DNA from: Lingula anatina
Lineage: Eukaryota; Animalia; Brachiopoda
Direction: 5' to 3'
Assembly (NCBI GenBank): GCA_051362555.1
Contig: CM120642.1
Location: 33,046,001 to 33,110,000, forward strand
DNA length: 64,000 nucleotides
Each line of letters opens with the position of its first letter. Positions within the stretch are counted from its first letter, which is position 1. The position numbers were made by a program, and so were the translations under genes. This document shows positions 1 through 12,862 of this stretch, piece after piece. Below the pieces are notes generated by a model. It did no database searches. It was not told the DNA's origin and saw nothing but the letters and a program-made list of their open reading frames with translations.

Positions 1-78
1 AATACGGTGGCTTGGAAATTATATACTGTAACCGGCCTACACAGACTTACAGTCCGCGCATTTTTAACCGCCTGGCCT

Positions 79-268
79 TGCGCATGCGCAGATAGTATGT
101 AATGGGATATCTTTCGCGCCGATTCTCTAGCATTGACCTATAATGCAGTATTAATGGCAGAAAAGCTCGCACGGCAACCTTTTACTTCGTGTTTTACTCA
201 ATACTAAAACAGCAAGAGACAATAATATAGATCACTAAACACGGGGCAGACGGTCATCGTTTTACAAG
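79..268 (+). promoter_or_regulatory. Promoter-like segment (NRF1 and E2F motifs) with possible non-coding first exon
   Basis: Perfect TGCGCATGCGCA (NRF1 consensus) at 79-90, TTTCGCGC (E2F consensus) at 112-119, CpG-richer than surroundings, donor-like AAG|GTAGGT at 268/269. Target gene unknown. Confidence 0.4.
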
Positions 269-620
269 GTAGGTGATATAGTGATTTCAGTAATGTTCGC
301 ACAGTGTATGTTAACACAAATTATAGCAAAGCATGCTTCTGGGATTAAAGCGGGAATCTTTCTCGACGCACTGCATGTTGCAGGGTAATTTAGCCGTCTC
401 TCGAGAAAGGATCGAGTTATACTGAGTTTCATTGGGCTTGGCTTTTGTCTGTTCTAACGTTTGACCTGTTACTCACTGTGGATTTTTGAAATATACAGTA
501 TGTGCACGTCCACGATACAGGGTAACAACAAGGGGTTGTCATTTTTAAAAGTGTTAGAATATTCCCATGTGTTGGATTACAAGGGGGTGCTTTAATGTGA
601 AAGGGGATGGATTCAACTTA

Positions 621-835
621 GACCCCATTTCCAGAGATTAGATCGATCTACTTTAGATCTACCTAACTCCCTGGGGGTTCACGCTAAATAGCTGTCAGCC
701 GAGTGGACACGAAAGTTAATTACCCCCTTACAGCTTGTAGTAGGCGGGACGGACATTTAAGCCGGATTATCTGACAGTAATCTAGTGAGACTCCCCGTGG
801 GGATAGATCGATCTAAAAGGTCTGGGAATACAGCC
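621..835. mobile_element. PIF/Harbinger (Tourist)-like MITE, family A copy 1
   Basis: Imperfect terminal inverted repeats (CATTTCCAGAGATTAGATCGATCTA ... TAGATCGATCTAAAAGGTCTGGGAAT), flanked by TTA on both sides (618-620, 836-838); related copies at ~2868, ~11513, ~55316. Confidence 0.7.
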
Positions 836-1479
836 TTATACAACCGAAAATGACACTATTTAAAACAGCTGCACATTATAGAAAAGAATTAAGTTCTCAG
901 AAAAATATTGTCAAGTGTTTTTGTCATGTCTCTATTATTCAGTATGTCTTTTCTTTTATAAAGGAATTGGGCGTCACAAGGATGAAAAAGCAGTGCCTGT
1001 CGTCACAAGAAAAGAGATGAACATCTAAAAGAAGGCTGCATTCCTGTGCTCCTGTTATACATGAATTCCCAGTCTGCAGCTACAATAGAAATTGTTAACC
1101 TACATGTATAACCTCTTTGTGTTTACCTCAGACCCCCTCACCGTCAGATTTATGGAATTAAACATGCTAAAATGGTAAAGGGGAGACTGACTCGCTCTGA
1201 GCAAGAGAATAAGTAAACAGTTATGTATGGTTGATAATTTTCCTCTGATATTAAGATTAACTACAGAAGTGTAAGCAAGATGAATGAAGGATATGCAAAC
1301 AGTAACAGTCTGTCAGTAATATAACCAGTTCCAATATAAACAAATTCAAATTGCATAGTTGATTACTACCTATCTAACTTCGGTTAAATATTTCCATCAT
1401 GCCCAGGGCCTTACTATTAGGGATTATGTAAAAGGTAAAACTTGCTCTCTGGAGTTTAAAACACATCATAACAATTTTA

Positions 1480-2160
1480 GAGTGGTTTTCTCCTTAGAAA
1501 CGATCATCTGGTCAGGCAAACTATGGAGAGGTGACCTCTGACATTTATTGTAATTATAATTTTTGACTTGATACAATCAATGCTAATACTGACATAACTG
1601 CAAATAACAAAGTTAGTGATGAGAGATCCTATAACCTTTTTTGTCAAGGAGGGGTGGTTTTCTGTTAAGAGACAATCCTCTAGCCAGGCAAATTATGGAG
1701 AGGTGACCTCAAACACTATTTTGACTTGGTGCAATCAATGCTAAAATTCTGACATTACTGAAATTAACAAAGTTAGTGGTGAGAGATCCTATAACCTTTT
1801 TTGTCGAGGAGGGGTGGTTTTCTGTTTAGAGACGAGCCTCTAGCCAGGCAAATTATGGAGAGGTGACCTCAAACACTTTTTGGACTTGGTGCAATCAATG
1901 CTAAAATCCTGACATAACTGAAAATTACTAAGTTAGTGACGAGAGATCCTATTGCCTTTTTTGTCGAGGAGGGGTGGTTTTCTGTTTAGAGACGAGCCTC
2001 TAGCCAGGCAAATTATGGAGAGGTGACCTCAAACACTTTTTGGACTTGGTGCAACCAATGCTATAATCCTGACATAATTAGCTACTGTCCAGAAGCATGG
2101 AGATTATTTCCTGTGAAAGTAATTATCAAGGCAAATATGGAGATGTGACCTCTGACATAT
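1480..2160. repeat. Tandem repeat, ~160-bp unit, about 4 copies
   Basis: GAGAGATCCT recurs at 1621, 1781, 1941 (period 160); GGCAAA(C/T)TATGGAGAGGTGACCTC recurs in each unit, with a degenerate final copy near 2130. Confidence 0.9.
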
Positions 2161-2591
2161 TATTTTTTATTTGCTGTATTTAAGCCCTGACGATATTGGA
2201 ATAAAAATATAAGTTACTTTCGATTCTGAAAGTTGTTTGTCGTTTAAACCGTCAAAATTATATGTCTACCTCAAGTGAAATTCGGTGAACACTTCTTCTA
2301 CTGCACTGAATGCTATATATTTATACATAAACTCCAGCCAATGCAAGATTGCATAATTATTTCTCCGAAATGCAAATCACCACATTCAATCTATCAGTTA
2401 AATACTTTAGTCAAAGTGCAAAACATTTCATCATGCAAACAATTTGCAAAAGTATTCGCTTTTTCCATAATGCGCTTAATGTAAGATACGGAATTAAGTC
2501 CTGTACATAAAATAAATAGTATACATACAAAAGATCACCACGCATTATTATAAAATTAGTCTTAAGCTTTCAGAAAATAAAAGATAAACAA

Positions 2592-2850
2592 AATGTGACC
2601 TTTCCAGTTAACAAAAGCTGGAATGTAAGGTGGCCTTTCGTACTGTAAAAGGTGATAGTTGAACTTTTGAAAACTGAAAGTTAATGAAAATGTGAATGAC
2701 GGTCTTTCCGAGAGGTAAAAGTTGATAAAAAGATGACCTTTTACAAATGAAAGGTGAAAGATGACCTTTTCGTCAGGAAAGGATGATGAAAGATGAGGGA
2801 TCATCTTTCGATAACATTTTGTAGATGAATGAAAGGCGATAAAAGGTGTT
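2592..2850. repeat. Degenerate minisatellite of short CTTT...AAAG inverted units
   Basis: About 7 units resembling GATGACCTTT-N(6-9)-AAAGGTGA, period roughly 25-40 bp. Confidence 0.5.
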
Positions 2851-2867
2851 TTTTCATGCAGTGGAAG

Positions 2868-2999
2868 CTGTTAAACGATAATTAATTACCCCCTAGCGGC
2901 TTCAGTAGGCGTGCGAGACTTCTAAGCCGCTGAAGTTGATAGAAATTTAGCGAGAATCCCCTTGGAGATAGATCGATCCACGGGTCTGGGAATGGTCCC
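2868..2999. mobile_element. Family A MITE, partial copy (right half)
   Basis: TTAATTACCCCCT...AGTAGGCG...TAAGCCG...GATAGATCGATC...GGTCTGGGAATGGTCCC followed by TAA; matches the right halves of copies at 621 and 55316. Confidence 0.65.
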
Positions 3000-3340
3000 T
3001 AACCTATGACACTGGACTCCGCGCGGTGACACACCTGGAGTAGTATAAACACGGGGTGTGGAGAGGTCACACCTGAAGTTCCACTTTATCATAAGCGTTC
3101 TCTCGCCGTCACCTCGGACATGCAAGGACTGACGGTGACACTTTTGTATCACAGCTTTCAGTGGTACTGTCTCTTGCCGTTGCTCTGTCCCTTTTCAGGG
3201 CGATAGGTATACTTTAGCGATATAGCCTGCATCGGTACACTCAGAGAGATGGCCAACTTGATACCCTGATTATAACATAAACCAGTCGGTTGAATGGAAC
3301 CTCCGCCTTCGACTAGGCCAATTTTTTAAAAATAAATATA

Positions 3341-4923
3341 AACTAGAGGATCAGAGAGGCGATACCGCCTCCGGATATTGTACCACCAGCTGGAGTAAGC
3401 GCATTCGAATGGAACCACCCCCCCCCCCCCAAAAAAAAAGGGACACCACAACCAGTCTTGTCCTTGACAAACTCTATGCAATAAACAAGAATTTTCAAAA
3501 TATGCAAAAAAAAAAAAAAAAAAAAGAAGAAAAAACATAACATAAAAATGGTCCAATCAAGCGGATTTTCCAATTGGCCTGTATTTTCCTAACATTGATC
3601 ACTCCTGTGATTTTCTAGACAAAAGGCCTTTGGTTTTCCTTGAAATGTGTTATCAGTGTTGCATATATGCTGACAAAAGAGAAAACCTAAGGCCAACACT
3701 GAGCATATCTCTGCTAGTTTTGAAGATATGAGGGGCAAGAAAATATGCAAAAGTCAGTTCATGGTCTATGATTTCCTATTCAAGTTAAATAGTAACTATG
3801 GGTATCTCCTTGCTAATTTTGGAGATAAAGAGGCCAGAAAACATGCAAAGTACAGTTCATCATAAAAAGTAGGTCAAAGGTCAATTTCAAGGTCACAGTT
3901 AGATTGCCAGTATATGACTTCCTGTTCAGGTTCAATAGTAACTATGGGTATATCTCTGCCAGTTTTCGAGATATAAGGGAGATAATTTTTACAAAGTTCA
4001 GTTCATGGTGAAAAGTAGGTCAAAGGTCAATTTCAAGGTCACAGATTATCAGTATATGACTTCCTATTCAAGTTCAATAGTAACTAAGGGCTTATCTCTG
4101 CTAATTTTTGAGTAATTCACATTTTATTTTCACCACTGAATTTTGGATGTTGAACTTTTTGATATAGTGCAATGCCTAAGCCGTATCAAAAACAAAAAAA
4201 TGGACACCACCCCCAGTGTTGCCCTTGACAAGTTCTACAAAATGCAAAAAACAAGAGGTCTCTAGCATTAACGGTTCCAGAATTAGAGAGAATTTTCAGT
4301 TTCGGCATCTAATGGCCGCTACTACCATGAAAATGCACCGATTGACCCCAAACTCACGAAAATGAAAGATGACCCTAAGGGTAACACCTGCTCATAATAT
4401 TATAGGTAAGATATGTTTCGTTTATAAATATCGGCTGAAATAAAAATTTTCTAGCAAAAAATTCCCATTTTTAGAAAATTTTGGCCTGTTTGACCTTGAA
4501 ATAAAGGTCAAAGGTCAAATCCAAGGGCATATTTGAAATCCTCACATATGACTTTTGGTCAGCCATCTGTAGTAATTTTTCCTATAATTCCATCGGTTTG
4601 GGAGATATTTAGCATTGAATTTTCAAAATTTTTGACAAGGGTGCATTTCAAAGAGCGTCACGCCTAGGTCAATGCACCAACTGAGACAAAAAAACCTGGG
4701 GGTTCAAGTTGAGATTATATGTGACCTAAATCCAAGAGATGGGGACACAGATCCTTGCGGTCTAGGAGGAGAAGCGGTAACGGTGACTCGTATCCCACGT
4801 CATCCTGCGGAGCCGCAGGAGCCGCAGGAGCCGGCGGAGCCGGCGGAGCCGGCGGAGCTGTACGAGACGGGTCAGGACTAAAACCATGAGTACCGCCAGC
4901 GTACACGCTGGTGGTACTAATAA
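3341..4923 (+). mobile_element. Non-autonomous Helentron-associated (HINE/DINE-1-like) element
   Basis: 5' small hairpin GAGGCG-ATAC-CGCCTC (3356-3371); subterminal GTACCACCAGC (3380-3390) inverted against GCTGGTGGTAC (4907-4917); internal ~146-bp tandem repeats with AGGTCAAAGGTCAA (3760-4110); 9-bp microsatellite GGAGCCG(CA/GC) (4808-4858); 3' 14-bp stem-loop 4889-4918; no ORF of substance. Confidence 0.65.
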
Positions 4924-5050
4924 ACATCAGGACACGAACACATTGATAACTTGCAAAAGACAGAGAATCCTGTTAGGACCTCTCAAAATGTGCCGGTACA
5001 GGGTGAAGCACTATTTAAAGTATACGGTTCGCTATGAATTCACTCTCCTG

Positions 5051-5052
<2 letters not shown>

Positions 5053-5090
<38 letters not shown>

Positions 5091-5211
5091 GCTAGGGTGT
5101 ACATATTTCCCAGAAAAGAAAAACAAGGTTGCCAAGAAATTAACTTATTTCTTGGAATCAGACGCACCTCCATCGTGCATTGGACGCTACTATGCGGTTG
5201 TACAGGGTTTA

Positions 5212-5267
<56 letters not shown>

Positions 5268-5360
5268 CGTATGTGTGTGTGTTTTTTGAATATGTGTGTG
5301 TATTTATGTTTTTGGATGTTTGTTTGTGTGTGTATGTGCGTGTGTGTCTGTGTTTTTGGA

Positions 5361-5394
<34 letters not shown>

Positions 5395-5405
5395 TGTGTG
5401 TGTGT
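5053..5405. repeat. (CT)n and compound (GT)n microsatellites
   Basis: (CT)n 5053-5090; interrupted (GT)n 5214-5405. Confidence 0.95.
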
Positions 5406-5931
5406 AGAGAACATAAAGGAATAATTTTCAAATTCAAAAATTGGCAACCTAACCTAATCGATTTTATTTTCCGGCCAAGTCAAATTTTCCTCGGGAAAAA
5501 ATATTCTACTCACAAATCATCGTTTGACCCGTTCTTGTACTTGGATTCGATTTTTTATACTATTTCTAATCAAATTATTTAGTTCAAAATGTCTGGCCTG
5601 TAAAATAGACCACTGTGTACATGTCTTCCTGTACATTTTATTAGAAAGAAAAATCAACACCAGATACTGTTATCTAAGGGGTTTGTCGTTTATTTGAATT
5701 GAGAAAGATGAGTAGACGTAGAAAATGTAGACGTAGATATGTTGACATAGAAAATGGGACATGTTTAAACGCGGATAGCATACTTTTAAGTACTTTTATT
5801 TTATGAACTAAGTGATATACATGTATAAATTTCGATTGAACGCAGTTTTTGTAATGCCCTTTATATCTCTTTTATAATTATAACAATTAAAATACATAAC
5901 ATCCAACTTTTACTTGAAAATAATTATAATT

Positions 5932-6175
<244 letters not shown>

Positions 6176-8106
6176 TAAAAATAGTTAAGACACGGATACT
6201 CCTTCGGCTAAGAGCATGCTCATCATAAGGTCGATCGTGATTCCGAAATGAATGATGTAGAAACACCGAGAAGCTACCGGAGTGGTATAGAGCAATTATA
6301 GATCACAATAAGTCACTGACTGGTTTAAGTGCACGAGAACTGAGCGAGAACTGTAGGTGAAGTGAGGATAAAGTTCTTTGGAATCCTGGCATATTCGTTT
6401 GGTCACAAGATCTCTCAGGGCATATACCCTACTTTAGATATTAGGAGAGAGGCGAAGTTTTGTTCTGTTTTGTTTACTACCGATTTGAAGGAGCCTAGGG
6501 GTAGTATATTGTCTGTGGAAAATGATATCTTTACCGAACTCACTGGCCAAAAGTTACATCGTTACATCGTGACATCTACTGCCCCAGATAAATTAAGCGC
6601 CCTACCCTAAATCCACCCAGGTGATAGTTGTTTAAGATAGCGTCCATGTTTCGTAAACGTCAAACCACGCGAAAAATCAAACTGGACGCCAATAAGGCGC
6701 CAACCTTAACTTCAGGTCAGAGAGAAGAGCAGGATCCGGTATTCTGCTCGGTGATTTCACTGTTGCTCCTATGAGTTGGTACAACATACGTGTTATTAAG
6801 AATGTATTACCATACATAATAGTGTTATCCATGTAAAGCTATGAGGAAAACTGGATATTTCCTCGTTTATTTTTTGCTTGCTAATAGAAAAGCTATTTTG
6901 GTGGCGTGGCAAGTAATAATCGAGAAGAAAATTCCGAAAGGTCAAAGCACACTAATGCAGTATTAGCTTAGGGATAGTGCTTCATATCGACACCCTTCAA
7001 TCCAACTCATCCACACATCCTTGAAATTTAATTATTATCTGAATATTGTTTGGAAGTTCAAATACAATGTGAAACAATTGGCGAAGAAAAACATATGGCA
7101 ATATTGCTTTCGGGTACTATGTCGGTTATAAATATTTGAAAATATGTCACGCAGTCAGTTTAAAGATTTGATTTTTATCATAAATTTCTTACATTATATT
7201 TATGTTTAATCGTTGTGAACGCAAGGATTTTCTTTATGTTTTCCTTGGTCTGTTGTTCAATTCAAACTTATGAACAAAATAGTTGTAAATTAGCGGAACC
7301 TACAGGCAAAGATGCCAATGGATTGTGGCCGGTTATGGTGGGGGGGGGGGGGGGGGGGGAGAGGGGGGAGGGGGGCAGATGGTCACTGCACAGTCAAAAC
7401 ATGTCGTTCACTAGGATGCGTTCAGTTCTGTTCGTAATGCTGTTGAAATTCATGTACTGCAAGATGGCGCAGATTCTTAATGAGCTGAACTTCCATTAAT
7501 ATCATCTATGTTTTATATATAAAGAAACTGATACCGGTATCGATATTTCACTTAGAGCTGAGACAGAAGCGCACAGCTGATCGCTTTCTTACTATATCTA
7601 TTCATTTATTTATGCCAATTGCCTCTTTTTTTAATGCGATAATCTTACCATTAACTCAATTTATATCCAAGCAACTGGATGCCAGTCTCACGTTAACCTT
7701 ACATTTTATGATGCGCAAATTGCTGCATCGCGCTGGTGAAAAAGAAGCTATGTTCACTATGTTCACAGGTGGAGCTGAAGCTGTTGAAATTCATGCACGG
7801 GTGACTAGCTTCAAAAGTATATCTTCCGCTCTTGTCCCGTGGCGCTGACTTGACATCTGGCTTGTTTTAACTTGTTTTAATTCAAAAATAAACAGTTTTA
7901 AATTAAACAGTAACTGATCGTTGAATGTGTCATTTACGCAAGCGTTGGCTTAACAACAACAGAGAGAGTTGCTTTAAGGAAATTTAATGCGTTTCTAGTC
8001 AGTTATTTAACTTGCAGGGTCTCTGTACGTGTTTCTCCGGGCTTGACAACAAAAATGAGTGTTGCTTCAAAGAAAAGCGATTCTAGTCAGTTATTTTAAC
8101 TTGCAG

Positions 8107-11100
8107 GGTCTCTGTACGTGTTTCTCCGGGGCCGCCCTGCCCGATCTACGTGTTCGCACGAACAGCAACTGGGAGGAAATCTCACGTGCCGTGGTGGGGC
8201 GCGGAATCGGCATGTTCTTTGGCGCCATTGGCGGCGGCTTCCTGTGCGATCGCTTCAACGGGTCTCTCCTTGCCCTCTTAGCTCTGGGACCGACTCTTGA
8301 AGCTCTTGGGTCCTTCGTTATTCCGTGGTGCACAGTGTGGTGGACCCTGATGGCGATGTTTAGCATTCAGGGCATCACGGAGGGTCTTCTGATATCAGGT
8401 AACTTTTTTATTGTGACAGAAAAAAATTATTGTGATTCGATACTTTTTTTGTCGTTTACTTAACGCTTTATTTTTTTTAATTAAAGTAAAATATACTGGA
8501 AAAACTATGAATGGGCAAATATAATGCACAAGAGTTTTAACTATAATTTTAAAAGTTTACATTAAAAGCCCCTGAAGAAGAAGATAAATTGAAATCTCTC
8601 TCCTGTGGACTGTGCGTGTAGGTTTACCAAACACTTAACATAGGTGGTTAAAAGTAAACAGGTTTGTGGACAGTTACTATATGATTGATAGCAGGTAAAT
8701 CCTAGGTCAAATAGTCTGTATGTGCAGGGAAGATAACATGTTCCGGTACACGTGCCCCACGTGTGATTTGAAGCAATGTGCGGGCGCAAACTTTCCACCA
8801 GACGGTAAACCCAGAGTTAGAAAAAAAACTATGCAGTCTCCGGGGTCAAGGTCAAATGTCCGTTTGAATCTATTGAATTGGCGCTGTATTTTCAGTGGGG
8901 GAGGGGGGGGGGGGGAGGGGGGGAGGGGGGGCGGCAAGAATTGCAAGCACAAATGCAGATGGAGCCTGAAAGTTTGCTTGGGATAGTTGAGAACAAGGAA
9001 TAAAACGTTCTGCTTCGGTAGGCTAATATGAATTAGGAGACGAGTTTATAGTGTAATATGAAGAAAACTTAAATGGGAAAATTATACGGAATTGCCTCCT
9101 TACACGTGTTTATTTTGCTTATCAACATGAGGGTGGGCAAGATTGGGTAAGAGGTGTTTCCAAGGGGGGCATGGCCAGAAACCCGCCCCCCCCCCCCCCC
9201 CCCACCTCGAACCACCAAGCACCCCCTCCTTTGGCAACCTGCACTTTCACGCGTTCCGCGCTGTTTGTGTACCGCGTCGAGGGGGGATCATAGTCTGTCG
9301 GCCTTTGCTCCTAATTGTCCAGGGTCAACAGTTTTCTCTGAACCTAGAACTGGCAGAATGTCGGTTATCTTTTATATTTGTTTAATCTTTGATGCAAATA
9401 CTTTCTGAACAGCTCTATTGTCTAAAAGTTCCTGTCAACGACCGTGGAGACCAAGTAAAAACGCAGTGCTTGCAGGGGATGACCCTCTTCTGAGTTATTT
9501 TAAAAGCAAGTCATGCTGACCGCATGTGACCCCCTTGTGGTCCCTATAGGAGTTGTGGGGGGAAACCAGATTGTGTTAGCGGTGCCTCGAGAAATGTGTT
9601 ACATTGTTGCATTGCGAGGTGATTTGCACTGCCGCTTGGTTCATTTTTCAGCCTGTATATAGAGTGTTTGAAAAGATTTTTATATCAGACTTCATATGAG
9701 GTTAAAGCTAAGTTTTGACACTCAATAAAACAACATCCCTTCAGTTTGCTCGATCTTGTAAATACATATATAGAGAGAGTAATTTCTTCAGGAGTGAAAA
9801 TAATGAAGACTACTTCAACCTACCGCCCACCTTTGGAAGAATGTTTCTTGGTACATATATCAAAGAATTTACACGGTTCACCGTGCATTATGCAATACGT
9901 ATCTATGGCTATTGTTTTAACTTTTTTCTAAAGCATCACGTATTACTCACAGAAAATTAACTCATCTTGCTCTTTTTTTATCATGGCCCCTATTCTAGCC
10001 ATTTGCCAAAGATTTATCCACTTGTCTTATTTTTTCTTGCAGCTGCTTCGAAGCTATCCTTTCAATTGTGGGGCAGAGAAGCAGCAGCCCCTGTGTTCGC
10101 AACAAGTCTTGCCTTCGGACTCGGCGCCATAGTCGGTCCACAGATAATAGAGCCATTCCTGGGAACACATTCACACGTGTTGGAACCTCAAAACAACAAC
10201 ACTGTAACTGCCACTTCGCTCTCACTGGCCATCAATAGCTCATTGACCCATGAAAAAGGTGCAACGGCGTACAAATTCGCAGGCGAATCACTGTATGCTT
10301 ATAACCAGACGAACTCAAATACACTGTCAAATATTAGTGGATCTTACCTGGTTAAGAGAATCATTCCAAACAATGATTCCCGGATCGAATACGCATACAC
10401 TATTGGCGGCATCATGTCCGTTCTTGCCGCCATAGCCTTCCTCGTTCTTCAGTATGTGTCGAACAGGTGCAAATGGAACGTGTATGGCGACCACACGGCA
10501 ATACCGGCAGAGCCAACGGACAAGAAACCGAAAGACTCCGGTTCCGCGCTCCAATCTGGCAAGTGCGCCAAAGGGGACACGGTGTTCGGAGTCCAGCTCC
10601 TTGGGCTCATGTTGTTCTTCTACATCCACATCGTCGGTGGTGAGTGGGCGCTGGATAAGTTCATGTTTGCCTACATCACGGAGGGCCCTCTCCATAGAGA
10701 GCCCTTCGAGGCATCCCTGATGGTGTCGATATTTTGGGGGTGTTACACGGGGGGGCGGGGGATCAGTGCATTAATATCGAAATGGGTGAAGCCTTCCTTT
10801 ATCCTGGGAACAGTGGTCCTCGGGCAGCTGTTGGCGGGGATTCTTCTGTGCACTGAGGCCGGGAATAACGTCAGTGTTTTCTGGTTCGTGAATTGCCTCT
10901 ACGGACTGGCAATAGGGCCCGTCTATCCGGGCGCCTTGGTGTGGGTGAACCGCTACATCCAGGTCTCCGGGATGGTGCTTGCCGTGGTGCTTATAGGGGG
11001 GTCTGCGGGAGGGTTCATTTATCAGTGGATAGTGGGAATAGTGTTCCAGTTGTACGGCCTCGACAGTCTCGGCTACGTTATGTTGGTGGAAGGAATATGC

Positions 11101-11250
11101 ATCACTACCACCTTTGTACTGCTGGAGATAACGGGCAGGCGGCATGGGACGCGCTTCAAAAAGACTCCCGGAAACAATAACGACCATGGTCGCAAGGGTG
11201 ACGACCCAGAGGACGTCCACGTCTCCATGTTAATGCTTTCTCAGGTGTAG
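8107..11250 (+). CDS. Major facilitator superfamily transporter, MFSD4/sodium-dependent glucose transporter 1 (NaGLT1)-like; 5'-incomplete
   Basis: Exons 8107-8398 (ttgcag|GGT ... TCAG|gtaact) and 10043-11250 (ttgcag|CT, stop TAG) join in frame (phase 1), 499 codons. Many hydrophobic helices; GLCTCFSGAALPDL, GGFLCDRF, AFGLGAIVGPQIIEPFL, FWGCYTGGRG resemble MFSD4 family motifs; N-glycosylation-rich loop. Upstream coding exon not located. Confidence 0.85.
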
Positions 11251-11512
11251 GACCTTAAGATCGCTTTTGTATTGTATTTTTATATCATATACTCGTATTA
11301 CCTCACGCAAGAGACGACAGCTGGGAACGAACAACTTTGCCGCAGGTTGTGAATTGTGAGAGAATGGAAGAGTTTCCTCTGAAATGTCGTCTGATGTCGC
11401 ACAGTTACACAGAAGATCAGCTCTTCTTTATTGTTTTTGCTTGGTTTTACAAGTTCAAATATTATTTATAACTGATAATAATAATGTGTTAACATAAGCT
11501 CAATATCCGTAT

Positions 11513-11717
11513 ATGTGCATTCCCATAGATTTAGATCGATCCATCTAGATCGACCTAACTTCTGGGGGTTTACGCTAAATTGCTGTCAGGCGCGGTAGTT
11601 TACCCCTTTACAGCTTTTAGTAGGCGGGACAGACATTTAAGCCGGCCAAGCTGACAGTAATCTAGTGAGACTCCCCACAGGGATAGATCGATCTGAAATC
11701 TGTGGGAATGAAGAGCC
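11513..11717. mobile_element. Family A MITE copy 2
   Basis: TIRs CATTCCCATAGATTTAGATCGATC ... GATCGATCTGAAATCTGTGGGAATG; interior colinear with 621-835. Confidence 0.75.
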
Positions 11718-12158
11718 AAAGGTTTCAAATACGGTTCGAAATAATTATCTTATATAAAAGAAAGGTTTATTGTTGCACATAGTAGCCGTTAAGGGCGGTA
11801 CATTATCAGTATTTCTGGAAGCGAATTTTGCGAGTTTCTGGGATATCGAGTTTTCCCCTATACAGGGCAAATGATGGGACAATAAGGAATACATCGTACC
11901 CATGTATCCAGCACCTGTCAGGCATGCACTTATATTAATTATGCCTTACAGTCAGAGCATTGCAGTATTGCTACTTGTATGTGATCCTAATACTTTTATA
12001 TCAAATTTACATGCACAAAATTTGGTAATAATTGCCACAACAGTATTTATCAGAGATTTCCCTGTACTGTTATCACTTATATTTACAAATAAATCAGTAT
12101 TATTATTCAGTATACATTTTGCCTTGTGTTGTAGTAGGTATTTCATATGAGGCAAAAT

Positions 12159-12381
12159 TAGTGGTAGATTTAGGGGGGTGCCCCCCCCCCCCTCCCCCCA
12201 CTTCGATTTCTGAAAAAAAAAACACCAATGGTCCTCACTTGAAAATCATAATTTTGACTAGCTGAATCATAGTTCTAAACCATACCAAATGGCACCGTTC
12301 GCCCTCTAAAATACCAAATGAAGAACCCCGAGCTCGAAGCCAAGAGAGGGGGGGGGGTAAATAATCCTGGATCTGCTCCTG
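12159..12381 (-). mobile_element. hAT-like MITE family B copy 1
   Basis: Ends TAGTGGTAGATTTAGGG ... CCTGGATCTGCTCCTG; interior 12240-12320 is the reverse complement of 12965-13045. Confidence 0.7.
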
Positions 12382-12862
12382 TAAAATTATTGGTATTTCA
12401 GTGAGAAAAGGCGTTCAGGTACGCAAAAAAACCCATGTACTCATTCACTTATTTGGATGGTTATTCATTCATCTAACAGACCTTATACTAGACGCACATT
12501 TTGGTACAATTAATTATATTTTCCAGAACAACAACGAACTTTGTATTTGCAGAGAGTATAAAAAAAGAGTTTGCAAAGTTTCGAACAGTTCTTTGTCCTT
12601 GTTCTTTATTATTTCAAAAACACGTCTTACTATTATTTCGAGCGTTCTGGTTCAACGATGTTGGAAGTGTGAAAACAAAATGAAATGAAAAGAGAGAAAA
12701 AACAGTCCTGGGTGAACACGTTCTTTATTGGCTCTTTGTATTTCACATTTGATCGGTTTTTCGGCAAAGCAGTACACCCATATACCAACATCACCCTTGC
12801 AGGTCATGCATACTATTGCACCGGGATACGCTCTTTAGACCATTCTTTGAATTCAACAGAAC

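Noticed and set aside
1480-2850. Possible CRISPR-like or attC-like arrays
   Set aside because: Eukaryotic context, no cas or integrase genes; 160-bp units repeat in full without unique spacers and the short units are too degenerate.
3040-3210. TATA box plus short ORF as first exon of the MFS gene
   Set aside because: ATG frame stops before a suitable phase-0 donor; no MFS similarity.
4672-4927. ORFs with PAEPQE / PPAPPA repeats
   Set aside because: Arise from the 9-bp microsatellite inside the HINE-like element.
9995-11220. Overlapping antisense and alternate-frame ORFs in the MFS exon
   Set aside because: Expected shadows of a GC-richer coding exon.
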